Shown piece after piece: positions 27,004 to 35,628 of a stretch of DNA of 64,000 nucleotides. Source of the stretch: a bacterium (GTDB taxonomy: Bacteria > Patescibacteriota > Minisyncoccia > Minisyncoccales > JAZDGI01). Positions within the stretch are counted from its first letter, which is position 1. The number at the start of each line of letters is the position of its first letter. The notes below the pieces were generated by a model. It made no database searches. It had not been told where the DNA came from and saw only the letters and a list, made by a program, of their open reading frames with translations. The stretch spans positions 5,816-69,815 of the forward strand of contig JAZDGI010000005.1 in NCBI GenBank assembly GCA_043807085.1. The letters run 5' to 3'. A program made the translations under genes and the position numbers.

Positions 27004-27164
27004 TTGAGGGGGGTGCGGGTTTTTGCCCTAAGGACAAACGGTTTTTTAGCGGAGGAGGCTAATAGCAGCTGCCTAGCAATGTCCAACTAGACTTTAGTAA
27101 AGGTCAATTTCGTTGAGGACCGTCCCCCTTCACTAAAAAAGCAGGGCTTTGGCTCTGCTTTTTT
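27004..27164 (+). ncRNA. Unclassified ~160-nt structured RNA (orphan sRNA or riboswitch-like leader)
   Basis: Bounded by the consensus promoter and by an intrinsic terminator (GCAGGGC 27141..27147 / GCTCTGC 27152..27158, with A6 and T6 flanks). A 9-bp closing helix pairs 27005..27013 with 27124..27132. Internal hairpins include 27046..27062, which displays GGAGGAG in its loop. No ORF. Confidence 0.45.
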
Positions 27165-27193
27165 AGTTGCCCAGATTGTGCTAAAATAAATTT

Positions 27194-27778
27194 ATGAAAT
27201 CAGAGAAATACGAAATTGTCGTTTCTGGAGCGGCTCGGTGCAGTCATTGCGCTCAAAACATAGAAGAAATAGCCAAAGAAGTTGGTCGGGAAATCGCTCG
27301 CCGTAAATGCAACCTGGTGACGGGAGCCACTACCGGGATTCCTTATTTTTCGGCTTTGGGGTGCAACGAGGCTGGCGGATTTAACATAGGTTTCTCGCCG
27401 GCAGTTTCCGAATCGGCGCACATCAAAACTTATAAGCTTCCTTTGGAGCCGTTTGATATAATGATTTATACCGGAGCTGATTATACCGGCCGGAATGTTA
27501 TGATGACCAAATCGGCTGACGGCGTTATCATTATCTGCGGCCGCATGGGAACATTGCACGAATTCGTGACTGCTTTTGAGTTGCAAAAGCCAATTGGCGT
27601 CTTGGAAGGCACGGGCGGCACGGCTGATAAAATCAGAACGATTGCCACCGGCCCTTACCGCGGAGTCAACAAAATAATTTACGAAAGGGATCCTAAAAAA
27701 TTAGTGGACAGATTGATTAATCAAATAGAGCAAGAAAAAAAAGCAAATTCCAGCTCCCTGAAAAGGTCGAGAAAATAA
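27194..27778 (+). CDS. SLOG-superfamily (TIGR00725 / LOG-like) nucleotide-binding protein
   Basis: 194 aa. Rossmann-like pattern VVSGAAR...LVTGATTGIPY...GRNVMMTKSADGVIIICGRMGTLHEF. Confidence 0.65.
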   Translation: MKSEKYEIVVSGAARCSHCAQNIEEIAKEVGREIARRKCNLVTGATTGIPYFSALGCNEAGGFNIGFSPAVSESAHIKTYKLPLEPFDIMIYTGADYTGRNVMMTKSADGVIIICGRMGTLHEFVTAFELQKPIGVLEGTGGTADKIRTIATGPYRGVNKIIYERDPKKLVDRLINQIEQEKKANSSSLKRSRK

Positions 27779-27796
27779 TTAAGTCTTATTAATTCT

Positions 27797-28054
27797 ATGC
27801 CAGAAAAAGAGGGCAAATTAATCGGCAAAATCACTCACTATTTTGGCAATATCGGAGTGGCCGTCATTGAGCTTTCATCTGCTTTAAAAATCGGAGAAGA
27901 AATACGGATTGTCGGCGGCGAGACCGATTTTTCTCAAACCGTTGATTCAATGGAGATTGACCGCAAAAAGATTGAAAAAGCCAAGTCCGGCGATTCAGTC
28001 GGCCTAAAAGTCAGCCAAAAAGTCAGGGAAGATTACAAGGTTTACAAGGTCTAA
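27797..28054 (+). CDS. Small beta-barrel protein resembling translation-factor domain 2
   Basis: 85 aa. GKITHYFGNIGVAVIELSSALKIGEEIRIVG...GDSVGLKV resembles EF-Tu domain-2-type barrels. Confidence 0.5.
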   Translation: MPEKEGKLIGKITHYFGNIGVAVIELSSALKIGEEIRIVGGETDFSQTVDSMEIDRKKIEKAKSGDSVGLKVSQKVREDYKVYKV

Positions 28055-28081
28055 AAAATTTTAGAAATTAATTTTCCCGCG

Positions 28082-29329
28082 ATGCGGTTTATCGCTGATT
28101 TTCATATTCACAGCAAATATTCCCGGGCCACTTCAAAGGATATGAATTTGGAATCCCTTGATAAATGGGCTGAAATCAAGGGAATTAAGGTTTTGGGCAC
28201 GGGCGACTTTACTCATCCCGCATGGATTAAAGAACTAAAAGAGAAACTGAAACCCGCTGAAGACGGGCTTTTAAAATTAAGAGCTTCGCGGGGCGAAACG
28301 CGGTTTATTTTAACTTCGGAAATAAGCTGTATCTATTCTAAGGCAGGAAAAACCAGAAAAATTCACATTATTGTTTTCGCTCCCTCTATTGAGGCGGTAG
28401 AAAAAATCAACAGTCGTTTGAATCTGATCGGCAATTTAAAATCTGACGGCCGGCCGATTTTGGGCTTGGACGCCAAAGAGTTGGCAAGGATTGTTTTAGA
28501 CTCCTCGCCCGATTGCTTGGTTGTCCCGGCTCATGCCTGGACCCCATGGTTCGCTGTTTTTGGCTCAAAATCCGGCTTTGATTCGCTTGAGGAATGCTTT
28601 GAGGAATATTCTAAACATATTTACGCGGTGGAAACAGGGCTGTCCAGCGATCCGGCTATGAATTGGCGGATGATCGGCTTAGACAAGGTTGCTTTGATCA
28701 GCAATTCGGACGCTCATTCTCCGTCAAAAATCGGCAGAGAGGCGAATGTTTTTGATACAGAAGTTTCTTACCCGGCGATTATTGAGGCGATAAAGACAAA
28801 AAATCCGCAAAAATTTTTATATACTATTGAGTTTTTTCCCGAAGAAGGCAAATATCATTATGACGGCCACCGGCTTTGCGGTGTCAGTTTGTCTCCTCAA
28901 GAATCCAAAAAATACAATAATATCTGCCCTAATTGCGGGAGACCGCTGACTATCGGCGTTTTAAACCGAGTTGAAAAATTAGCTGACCGGCCGGAGAATT
29001 TCAAGCCGACCAACGCTATTCCTTTTAAAAGTCTTATTCCTTTGTCAGAAATTATCGCCGATTCTTTGGGCGTGGGGCCAACAGCTAAAAAAGTTTTTTC
29101 CGAGTATCGAAGTCTGATTAAAAAATTCGGCAATGAGTTTAATATTTTACTCAACGTTTCCAGAGAAGAGCTGGCTGGAGCGACTTTGCCTGAAATTGCC
29201 GAAGCCGTAATTCGCGTAAGAGAAGGCAGGGTTTCAATTGAGCCGGGGTACGATGGCGTTTATGGAAAAATAAGAATATTTTCCAAAAGCGAAAAAAAAG
29301 CTCCGGTCAGCCAAAAAACCCTATTCTAA
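28082..29329 (+). CDS. Endonuclease Q-like PHP-domain nuclease (TIGR00375 family)
   Basis: 415 aa. N-terminal FIADFHIHSKYSRATS, further His/Asp metal ligands (PAHAWTPW, NSDAHS), zinc-finger segment (CPNCGRPLTIGVLNRV). Confidence 0.8.
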   Translation: MRFIADFHIHSKYSRATSKDMNLESLDKWAEIKGIKVLGTGDFTHPAWIKELKEKLKPAEDGLLKLRASRGETRFILTSEISCIYSKAGKTRKIHIIVFAPSIEAVEKINSRLNLIGNLKSDGRPILGLDAKELARIVLDSSPDCLVVPAHAWTPWFAVFGSKSGFDSLEECFEEYSKHIYAVETGLSSDPAMNWRMIGLDKVALISNSDAHSPSKIGREANVFDTEVSYPAIIEAIKTKNPQKFLYTIEFFPEEGKYHYDGHRLCGVSLSPQESKKYNNICPNCGRPLTIGVLNRVEKLADRPENFKPTNAIPFKSLIPLSEIIADSLGVGPTAKKVFSEYRSLIKKFGNEFNILLNVSREELAGATLPEIAEAVIRVREGRVSIEPGYDGVYGKIRIFSKSEKKAPVSQKTLF

Positions 29330-29348
29330 ATTAAAAAAAAAGACCGCG

Positions 29349-29543
29349 TCATCGTTTCGATAATAATGATGCGGTTTCGATAGGGTCTAGCTCCCACCCC
29401 AGTTCCTCCAGAGAGTTCCTAATCGCGGTGATCGTTTGCCGCGCCCTAGACTTGGCTTTGACAGACACCTCTCCGACCGGAATTAAGTGCCTTATCAGAT
29501 TATTAACGTACACGAGGTTTTTATTAAGACCGTCGGCTTCCAT
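29349..29543 (-). CDS. Hypothetical small protein
   Basis: 64 aa. Strong ribosome-binding site (GGGAGGG, 5-6 nt before the ATG). No recognisable motif. Confidence 0.5.
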   Translation of the reverse strand: MEADGLNKNLVYVNNLIRHLIPVGEVSVKAKSRARQTITAIRNSLEELGWELDPIETASLLSKR

Positions 29544-29625
29544 TTTTTCCCTCCCTTGCGTAATTTTATATTTTTACTAACACGTTTTTTAATTTTAGTA
29601 AAGTAATCTATAATTAACAAAAAAG

Positions 29626-30597
29626 ATGAAAGACATTGATTTGATCCGCAGGCTAAATAAAGATTGGCAGCTAGGGAATATAAAAATTAAAAAAGCTGGC
29701 GGCCAGACGAACCGCAATTATATTATTGAGAGTAAAGGCCGGAAGTTTTTTGTTCGTTTGCCGTGGGAAACCAGAGTAATTAACAGACAGATTGAGGGGA
29801 AAAATATTTTAGCTCTAAGCCGCAATAAAAAACTGCGGGAAATTTTACCGAAATATTATATCTATATTCTAAGAGGCAAAAATATTTTATCTTCAAAGAG
29901 CGAAAAATTTGATCTGCCCGATGGCGCAATGGTAATGGAATATATCCCCGGGAGGATATTCACGCTTTCTTTATTCAAAATAAAGAAATATCAGGAGAAA
30001 TTGGCGCGAATGTTTTATGCTTTTCATGCAAGCAAAGTCTGTTTCAAGAATAAATACAGCGTTTTCCGAGACGAGCTTGCAAAATACAGGGCTGCCGTTG
30101 AAAGGCGCGCTATCCCCAAATTTATAGGCAAAAAAACTATCCGGACTCTTAAAAAAATTGAAGCGGATATTAAAAATAAAATCCCCCGATTAAAAAGGGG
30201 CGTTCCGGCGCATAATGATTTTATTTTCCAAAATTTTATAGTCGGGAATGATGGGAAAATATATCTTTTGGACTTTGAATACGCCGGAACGAATATTAAA
30301 GGAGGACTTCTCTACGACTTCGCGTTTTTATTCGCTGACAATCTTTTTAGAAAGCCGGCTATGACCAAAGAATTATTTAACGAGTTTTTGAAAATAGCAG
30401 ATAAAGTATATGGGAAGGTTCTTGATAGGAGCCAGATTTATCAACTGGCCGCAGTCATCCCTGTTATGCAGGTTTGGTGGGGGTTATTGCGTTATTTTGA
30501 TTCTAAATCAAAAAAAGAGAAAATCTTTTTCAAAGAATATATTTTGAAAAGAACGAACTGGCTGGATAAAATAAAAAGAGGAGTCAGGGAATCTTGA
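29626..30597 (+). CDS. Choline/aminoglycoside-kinase-family phosphotransferase
   Basis: 323 aa. Brenner motif (PAHNDFIFQNF) and metal-binding LLDFEYAG. Confidence 0.8.
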   Translation: MKDIDLIRRLNKDWQLGNIKIKKAGGQTNRNYIIESKGRKFFVRLPWETRVINRQIEGKNILALSRNKKLREILPKYYIYILRGKNILSSKSEKFDLPDGAMVMEYIPGRIFTLSLFKIKKYQEKLARMFYAFHASKVCFKNKYSVFRDELAKYRAAVERRAIPKFIGKKTIRTLKKIEADIKNKIPRLKRGVPAHNDFIFQNFIVGNDGKIYLLDFEYAGTNIKGGLLYDFAFLFADNLFRKPAMTKELFNEFLKIADKVYGKVLDRSQIYQLAAVIPVMQVWWGLLRYFDSKSKKEKIFFKEYILKRTNWLDKIKRGVRES

Positions 30598-31363
30598 CTC
30601 CGGTGAAAAAACAAACGCTTTCGGCCACCCCCTCCGCGAAATCAAGAGGAGATTCGTGGCCGTTCTCTCCCCTGATTTTTACGAGCTCCTTAAAGTCTGA
30701 TCGGGCGTTGACGGGGCAAGCCAGAAATCCGACGCGGTCGGCGGCTGGTTTGCCGCCCAGCGAGTCGTCTATCAGAAGCATTTCCGAAAGAGGAACGCCC
30801 GTTATTTCGGCGAGTCTGACGGCACCCGTTCCCTTGTCTATCCCTTTGGGGCTGATATCCACTGCGATGCTTGAAACATTAATTTCCAAGAATTCAATAA
30901 TGTCTCGCAGGGATTCTCTTATTATCCGTTCGCAATCAGCTAAAGAAGCGGTGCTGTCTTTTACCTCAATGGCGACGTTTACCTCTTTCCCGACATAAGG
31001 AAAAAGAAATGGATATTTCGTCGCTAGCCGCGGGATTCTTTTACGGTTGATTTCGTCAAACACCTCCTTCATCTCCGGCGTGAAAGCGGGGTGATACCTT
31101 CTCTCTTGGGTTTTTGGATTGAATAAAACCAGACCGCTTTCTGTTATCGACCAAGAGTCCGGAATTTCCATAAACCTAGAAATTCCGAGGACGTATGACG
31201 CCTCCCTGCCCGTACAAAATCCGAAGCGGGCTATTTTGCCCAGATTAGCCTGCTCAATAAGCCAGGAAAGCTTAGGCAGCCCGGAAAATACGCTGATAGG
31301 GGTTTTCCCGCTGGTTGACACAATAGTATCGTCAATGTCGGCCAGAATATATCTTATCGGCAT
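30584..31363 (-). CDS. HAD-superfamily (type IIB-like) phosphatase
   Basis: 259 aa. Motif I (ILADIDDTIV) and motif IV (LLIDDSLGGKP). It converges on and overlaps the kinase gene by 14 nt. Confidence 0.75.
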   Translation of the reverse strand: MPIRYILADIDDTIVSTSGKTPISVFSGLPKLSWLIEQANLGKIARFGFCTGREASYVLGISRFMEIPDSWSITESGLVLFNPKTQERRYHPAFTPEMKEVFDEINRKRIPRLATKYPFLFPYVGKEVNVAIEVKDSTASLADCERIIRESLRDIIEFLEINVSSIAVDISPKGIDKGTGAVRLAEITGVPLSEMLLIDDSLGGKPAADRVGFLACPVNARSDFKELVKIRGENGHESPLDFAEGVAESVCFFTGVKIP

Positions 31364-31446
31364 GGGCCCCTCCTTCTTTATTAAGAACTTGATGATATAC
31401 TACTTATACTTTTACAATTTGTCAACTAGTGCTAATATATTTTTAT

Positions 31447-32037
31447 ATGCAAAGAAAAACTATTTTCCAGAGGAAAACCAAAGAAACGGACATAAAAATA
31501 GAGCTGAATATTGACGGGATAGGCAAGGGAGACATTTTAACCCCCATTCCTTTTTTTAATCATCTCTTGGACAACTTCGCCAAGCATGGGCTTTTTGATC
31601 TGAAGATAAGAGCCGCAGGAGATATTGAGATTGATCAGCACCATCTGATTGAAGATATCGGGATTTGTCTCGGCGAGGCATTCAAAACAGCTCTCGGCGA
31701 TAAAAAAGGAATCAATCGGTCTGGTTATTTCGTGTTTCCATTAGACGAAGCGCTTTCGGCCGTAGCATTAGACGTTTCGGGCAGGGCATTTTTAGATTTT
31801 AATTGTAAATTCAAAAAAGAAAAAATCGGCGATTTGGATTCTGATTTAGTCAAAGAGTTTTTTTGGGGATTTGTCAGGCATTTAGAGGCGACTCTGCACT
31901 TGCGAGTTTTGCGCGGCGAAAACGAGCACCACAAAGCTGAATCTCTTTTTAAAGCCTTCGGTAAAGCAATGAAAACCGCTTGCTCAAAAGATAAAAGGAT
32001 TTTAAAAGAGTTGCCCAGCACTAAAGGCTTAATTTAG
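31447..32037 (+). CDS. hisB: Imidazoleglycerol-phosphate dehydratase
   Basis: The family N-terminus MQRKTIFQRKTKETDIKIELNIDG starts at ATG 31447. HHLIED and ENEHHKAES metal motifs. Confidence 0.93.
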   Translation: MQRKTIFQRKTKETDIKIELNIDGIGKGDILTPIPFFNHLLDNFAKHGLFDLKIRAAGDIEIDQHHLIEDIGICLGEAFKTALGDKKGINRSGYFVFPLDEALSAVALDVSGRAFLDFNCKFKKEKIGDLDSDLVKEFFWGFVRHLEATLHLRVLRGENEHHKAESLFKAFGKAMKTACSKDKRILKELPSTKGLI

Positions 32038-32088
32038 CGATGAAGGGTTTTACCCCTCATCTTTATCTTCGTTTTTATAAATAAAAAC

Positions 32089-33153
32089 TTGATGATGAAA
32101 GACCGCATTAAAAGAATGGGCCATTACGAACCGCCCTTGGAGGGAAGAGGCTCTAAGGATTTTTTGCTTTTGGATTTTAATGAGAGGACAACTCCAGCTA
32201 GCCCTAAAGTCAAAGAGGCCCTAAGAAAGTTTATTGAGGCTGACAGAACGCAGGTTTATCCGGAATACGGCAACTTAGAGATGAAAATCGCTGAATATGC
32301 CGGCGTGAAAAATGGCCAGGCAATGGTAACCAATGGCGGCGACCAAGGCATTGATATTATCTGTAGAGGGTTTTTAGACGAAGGAGACAGGGTGATTATT
32401 CCTTTTCCGGCTTTTGCCATGCATTATCAGTCGGCCGGAATACAGGGAGCAGAGAGCTTAGAACCGAAATATAATAGCAATGGAGGATTTCCATTAGAAG
32501 AAACTTTAAATTTGCTGGAAGATGAAAAAGTACAATTAATTATTCTTTGCAATCCGAATAATCCCTTGGGCAGTATAATCCCGCTTGAAAATGTTGAGAA
32601 AATTTTAGAAAAAGCCAAGGAAAAAAATATCGCAGTCTTACATGACGAAGCTTATTTTGAGTTTTCCAAAATCACCGCTAAAGATTTAATAGAAAAATAC
32701 GACAATCTTTATATTATTAGGACGCTTGCTAAGGCCTTTGGCTTGGTGGCGAGCAGGGCGGGATATGTTATTTCAAAAGAAGAAAATATTCAAGAGTTAT
32801 TGAAGATCCGCGGACCTTATGATGTAAATATGTTTGCCAAGACGGCAATTTTAGCCGCTCTTTCCGATGTTGATTATATGCAAGCATATATCAAGGAAGT
32901 GATGGAGATTTCCAAGCCGAAATTAGAGCAGTTTTTAAAAGAAAAAGGGATTTTCTTTTACCCGAGTTGGGCTAACTATCTTCTTTTAGCGCTAGAAAAT
33001 CCAAAAGAAATAATAGAAAAATTAAAATCCAAGGGAATTTTAGTCAGGCCAAAGTCCGCTTCTGACGGCAAAGATGCGGTCAGGGTCAGCGTTGGCGCCT
33101 TGAAAGATACGGAGAAATTTGTCAAAGCGCTCAAAGAGGTTCTGCCTGGTTGA
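32089..33153 (+). CDS. hisC: Histidinol-phosphate aminotransferase (class II PLP aminotransferase)
   Basis: 354 aa. YPEYG, NPNNPLG and the PLP-Lys region (IIRTLAKAFGL..SRAGY). Confidence 0.85.
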   Translation: MMMKDRIKRMGHYEPPLEGRGSKDFLLLDFNERTTPASPKVKEALRKFIEADRTQVYPEYGNLEMKIAEYAGVKNGQAMVTNGGDQGIDIICRGFLDEGDRVIIPFPAFAMHYQSAGIQGAESLEPKYNSNGGFPLEETLNLLEDEKVQLIILCNPNNPLGSIIPLENVEKILEKAKEKNIAVLHDEAYFEFSKITAKDLIEKYDNLYIIRTLAKAFGLVASRAGYVISKEENIQELLKIRGPYDVNMFAKTAILAALSDVDYMQAYIKEVMEISKPKLEQFLKEKGIFFYPSWANYLLLALENPKEIIEKLKSKGILVRPKSASDGKDAVRVSVGALKDTEKFVKALKEVLPG

Positions 33154-33211
33154 CACCGGTTGAAATAAAAGTAAAATTAGAAAGGTTTAAGGGTTTGAGT
33201 AAAATTTAAGC

Positions 33212-34117
33212 ATGAGCCATTCAGAATCAGAAATGCCGAATCAAAATAATATTGAAAAAGTATTGATTGAGTATTTGGCCGAGACCACGAAAGAAATCAA
33301 TAAAAAAGCGGCCAATGGCGAAGGAAAGGAAATTTTAGGCGAGGTCATCAACCGGCCCGACGATGTTGATATTGGCATTGATAAAGTTGGAGAAGAAATT
33401 TTGGAGAGATTGCTGAAAAAATACGGAATAGGGGCGACAATTTTTTCCGAGCCGGAATCCAGGGACATTAAAAACGGTCACAATATTTACGGGTCCATTG
33501 ACCCTTTTGACGGATCAATTCTTTTTCTCAATGGCCTGCGGCAAAATTGGTATACGGCTCTGAGCTTCTATGAAAAAGACAGAACCCCTATTTGCACCGG
33601 TATTTCCGATATTCTAAACGAAAAATTTTATATCTCAACGAGCGCTGGTAATTATCTTTTGGGCAAGGAAAATGATATAACTAAAATAGCCAGATCAAAC
33701 AGAAAAAAAATAACCGAGCCCATTATCTTGGCCAGTTATTTGATGAGCTCTCTATATTCTAAAAAATTTCTTGATATCTTCGGGGACTTGATCAAAAATT
33801 TGCACCCCAAAGCTCTTTTTTATCCTCAAGGGGGATCTTTTATCTACGCGTTTTTAGCGGCGGGCTTGGTTGACGCTTATGTGATGTTTGACGAACCCAG
33901 ATCGGAAATAGATCCGGGATATCCCATGGCCAAAAGAGCCGGCTGCTCAATAGTCAGCGTGAATTCCGACGGGAGCTATCAGGACTACGAGTTTTTGCCC
34001 AGCCGCCAGCACGATAAGGTTGATTTGCTGGTGGCTTCAGCCACTTCCGAAATTCGAGACGAGATAATAAAAATTTATGTTAAAAAATATGCCGAAAAAT
34101 ACTCTTTTGGGGTATAA
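33212..34117 (+). CDS. Inositol monophosphatase/FBPase-family phosphatase (candidate HisN-like histidinol-phosphate phosphatase)
   Basis: 301 aa. IMPase-type motif (SIDPFDGS). The HisN assignment rests only on gene context. Confidence 0.55.
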   Translation: MSHSESEMPNQNNIEKVLIEYLAETTKEINKKAANGEGKEILGEVINRPDDVDIGIDKVGEEILERLLKKYGIGATIFSEPESRDIKNGHNIYGSIDPFDGSILFLNGLRQNWYTALSFYEKDRTPICTGISDILNEKFYISTSAGNYLLGKENDITKIARSNRKKITEPIILASYLMSSLYSKKFLDIFGDLIKNLHPKALFYPQGGSFIYAFLAAGLVDAYVMFDEPRSEIDPGYPMAKRAGCSIVSVNSDGSYQDYEFLPSRQHDKVDLLVASATSEIRDEIIKIYVKKYAEKYSFGV

Positions 34118-34958
34118 GCCAATTCAAAAATTTATCAAAGGAGTGGGCCGCGACGTCAAAAAATATTTTAAAAAGGACAAAGGCTGCGTTGTCGGACTGG
34201 GAGACGACGGATTTTTTTACGGGCTCGGGCTTTATCAATGGTTATCCCAAGAAAAGGGGGATATTAATTTTATAGGAATGGATGATGATGGCAAGGAATT
34301 GGATGAAGAAAAAATGAGGGAGAGGAAAATCTTGCTGGTTGATAATGATGTTGTTACCGGTAAAGGATACAAGAGAACGATGGAAATAATGAGAGGGAAA
34401 AAAGAAAAGCTAAAGCTGAAAGACGTAAAATACGCGGTCCTCTGCGACAGGACTGGATTAGCCGACTTTTCAGTGGAGGGTTATTCGGCCCATGCGCCAT
34501 GGAGCCTGGAAAAATTGGACGGCACCGATTTAAAAATTATTCAGGAGCTTTCGGAGGATGGAAGAAGGTCTTTTATTGAAATCGCCAAAAAAACAGGCTT
34601 TAGTCAGGTTGCCGTGAAAAACAGAGTGGAGAGATTGATCGGGGCGGATTTTTTGAAAATCCAGGGACAGCTGAACATCGCGAAATGCTATTCAGTTAGC
34701 GCTCATATTGAAATTGAGGCTGATAAAGAAACGGTGGAAAGAATGATTGAAAAATTTGAAAAATCTCCCCTGATTTATCATTTGGCCAAAACATCGGGAA
34801 AGTATAACCTATTGCTAGACATTATTGTTCCCAATTTAGAAAACATAGAGAGCTTCATTGACAAGGAAATACGTCGGGAACTTAACGTAAAACATATTGA
34901 AATAAGCATCGGCGATTTGCCGATAATTCCCAAAACCTGGAATCCTAAAATCGTTTAG
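34077..34958 (+). CDS. Fusion protein: phosphoribosyltransferase-like domain + Lrp/AsnC-type regulator
   Basis: The N-terminal part has a PRPP-loop-like motif (KILLVDNDVVTGKGY). The C-terminal part is a full Lrp/AsnC module (DLKIIQELSEDGRRSFIEIAKKTGFSQVAVKNRVERL plus a RAM-type domain). An alternative ATG is at 34089. Confidence 0.7.
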   Translation: MLKNMPKNTLLGYKPIQKFIKGVGRDVKKYFKKDKGCVVGLGDDGFFYGLGLYQWLSQEKGDINFIGMDDDGKELDEEKMRERKILLVDNDVVTGKGYKRTMEIMRGKKEKLKLKDVKYAVLCDRTGLADFSVEGYSAHAPWSLEKLDGTDLKIIQELSEDGRRSFIEIAKKTGFSQVAVKNRVERLIGADFLKIQGQLNIAKCYSVSAHIEIEADKETVERMIEKFEKSPLIYHLAKTSGKYNLLLDIIVPNLENIESFIDKEIRRELNVKHIEISIGDLPIIPKTWNPKIV

Positions 34959-34967
34959 CTCTGGGTA

Positions 34968-34995
34968 TTGACAAGTAGTCTCGGTTTTATAGAAT
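34968..34995 (+). promoter_or_regulatory. Promoter upstream of greA (TTGACA-16 nt-TAGAAT)
   Basis: TTGACA at 34968..34973 and TAGAAT at 34990..34995. An ~75-nt leader with a 10-bp inverted repeat follows. Confidence 0.55.
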
Positions 34996-35073
34996 AGAAT
35001 ATAGAGCGATACTTTAGAAAATAAATAAAAAAAGCTTTTTGGCTCAACTTTCTAAAGTTTGCTTTGCAAGGCG

Positions 35074-35559
35074 ATGCCTATTATTGTTCAAGAAAAAAAG
35101 TATTATTTAACTAAGGATGGCCTGGAAAAGATAAAAAAAGAATATGAAGGGTTAAAAAACCTTAAGCTGTCAAAAATAAAAGGCGAGTCTCCTAAAATTT
35201 GGCAGTCTGAAGACTTGAACCCGGAATACCTTTCTTTTCGTGAAGATTTGGATTTTCTTGAATCAAGAATAATCGAGCTGGATTATATTTTGAAGAATTC
35301 CGACTTGATTAAAAATTCCGCCAAGATTAAAAAAGACGTGGTAAATTTGGGCGCTCGAATTATCGTTGAAGCTGATGGTCAAAATGACGAATTTGAAATC
35401 GTTGGAACCCTTGAAGCTAATCCCGCTTTGGGGAAAATTTCCGACGAATCGCCTGTCGGAAGGGCTTTGCTCGGTCATAAAGCTGGAGAAGAGGTTGTTA
35501 TTTCTTCCCCGATAAAAACCACCTATAAAATCAAAAAAATTAAATATCAGCTATCGTAG
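35074..35559 (+). CDS. greA: Transcription elongation factor GreA
   Basis: The start is set to ATG 35074 (MPIIVQEKKYYLTKDGLEKIKKEYE...). C-terminal FKBP-like domain (SDESPVGRALLGHKAGEEV). Confidence 0.88.
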   Translation: MPIIVQEKKYYLTKDGLEKIKKEYEGLKNLKLSKIKGESPKIWQSEDLNPEYLSFREDLDFLESRIIELDYILKNSDLIKNSAKIKKDVVNLGARIIVEADGQNDEFEIVGTLEANPALGKISDESPVGRALLGHKAGEEVVISSPIKTTYKIKKIKYQLS

Positions 35560-35628
35560 TTTTAGACAAGGCCGTATTGTGATAAGATTAAAGCCAGGAT
35601 AGATGTCCTGGTTTTAATTTTATAAAAG

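Noticed and set aside
27004-27164. Possible SRP (4.5S) RNA, because of an AGCAGC motif and a rod-like fold
   Set aside because: The domain IV arrangement (AGG - 3-bp stem - GNRA tetraloop - stem - AGCA) cannot be built around the AGCAGC at 27064..27069. It is left as unclassified.
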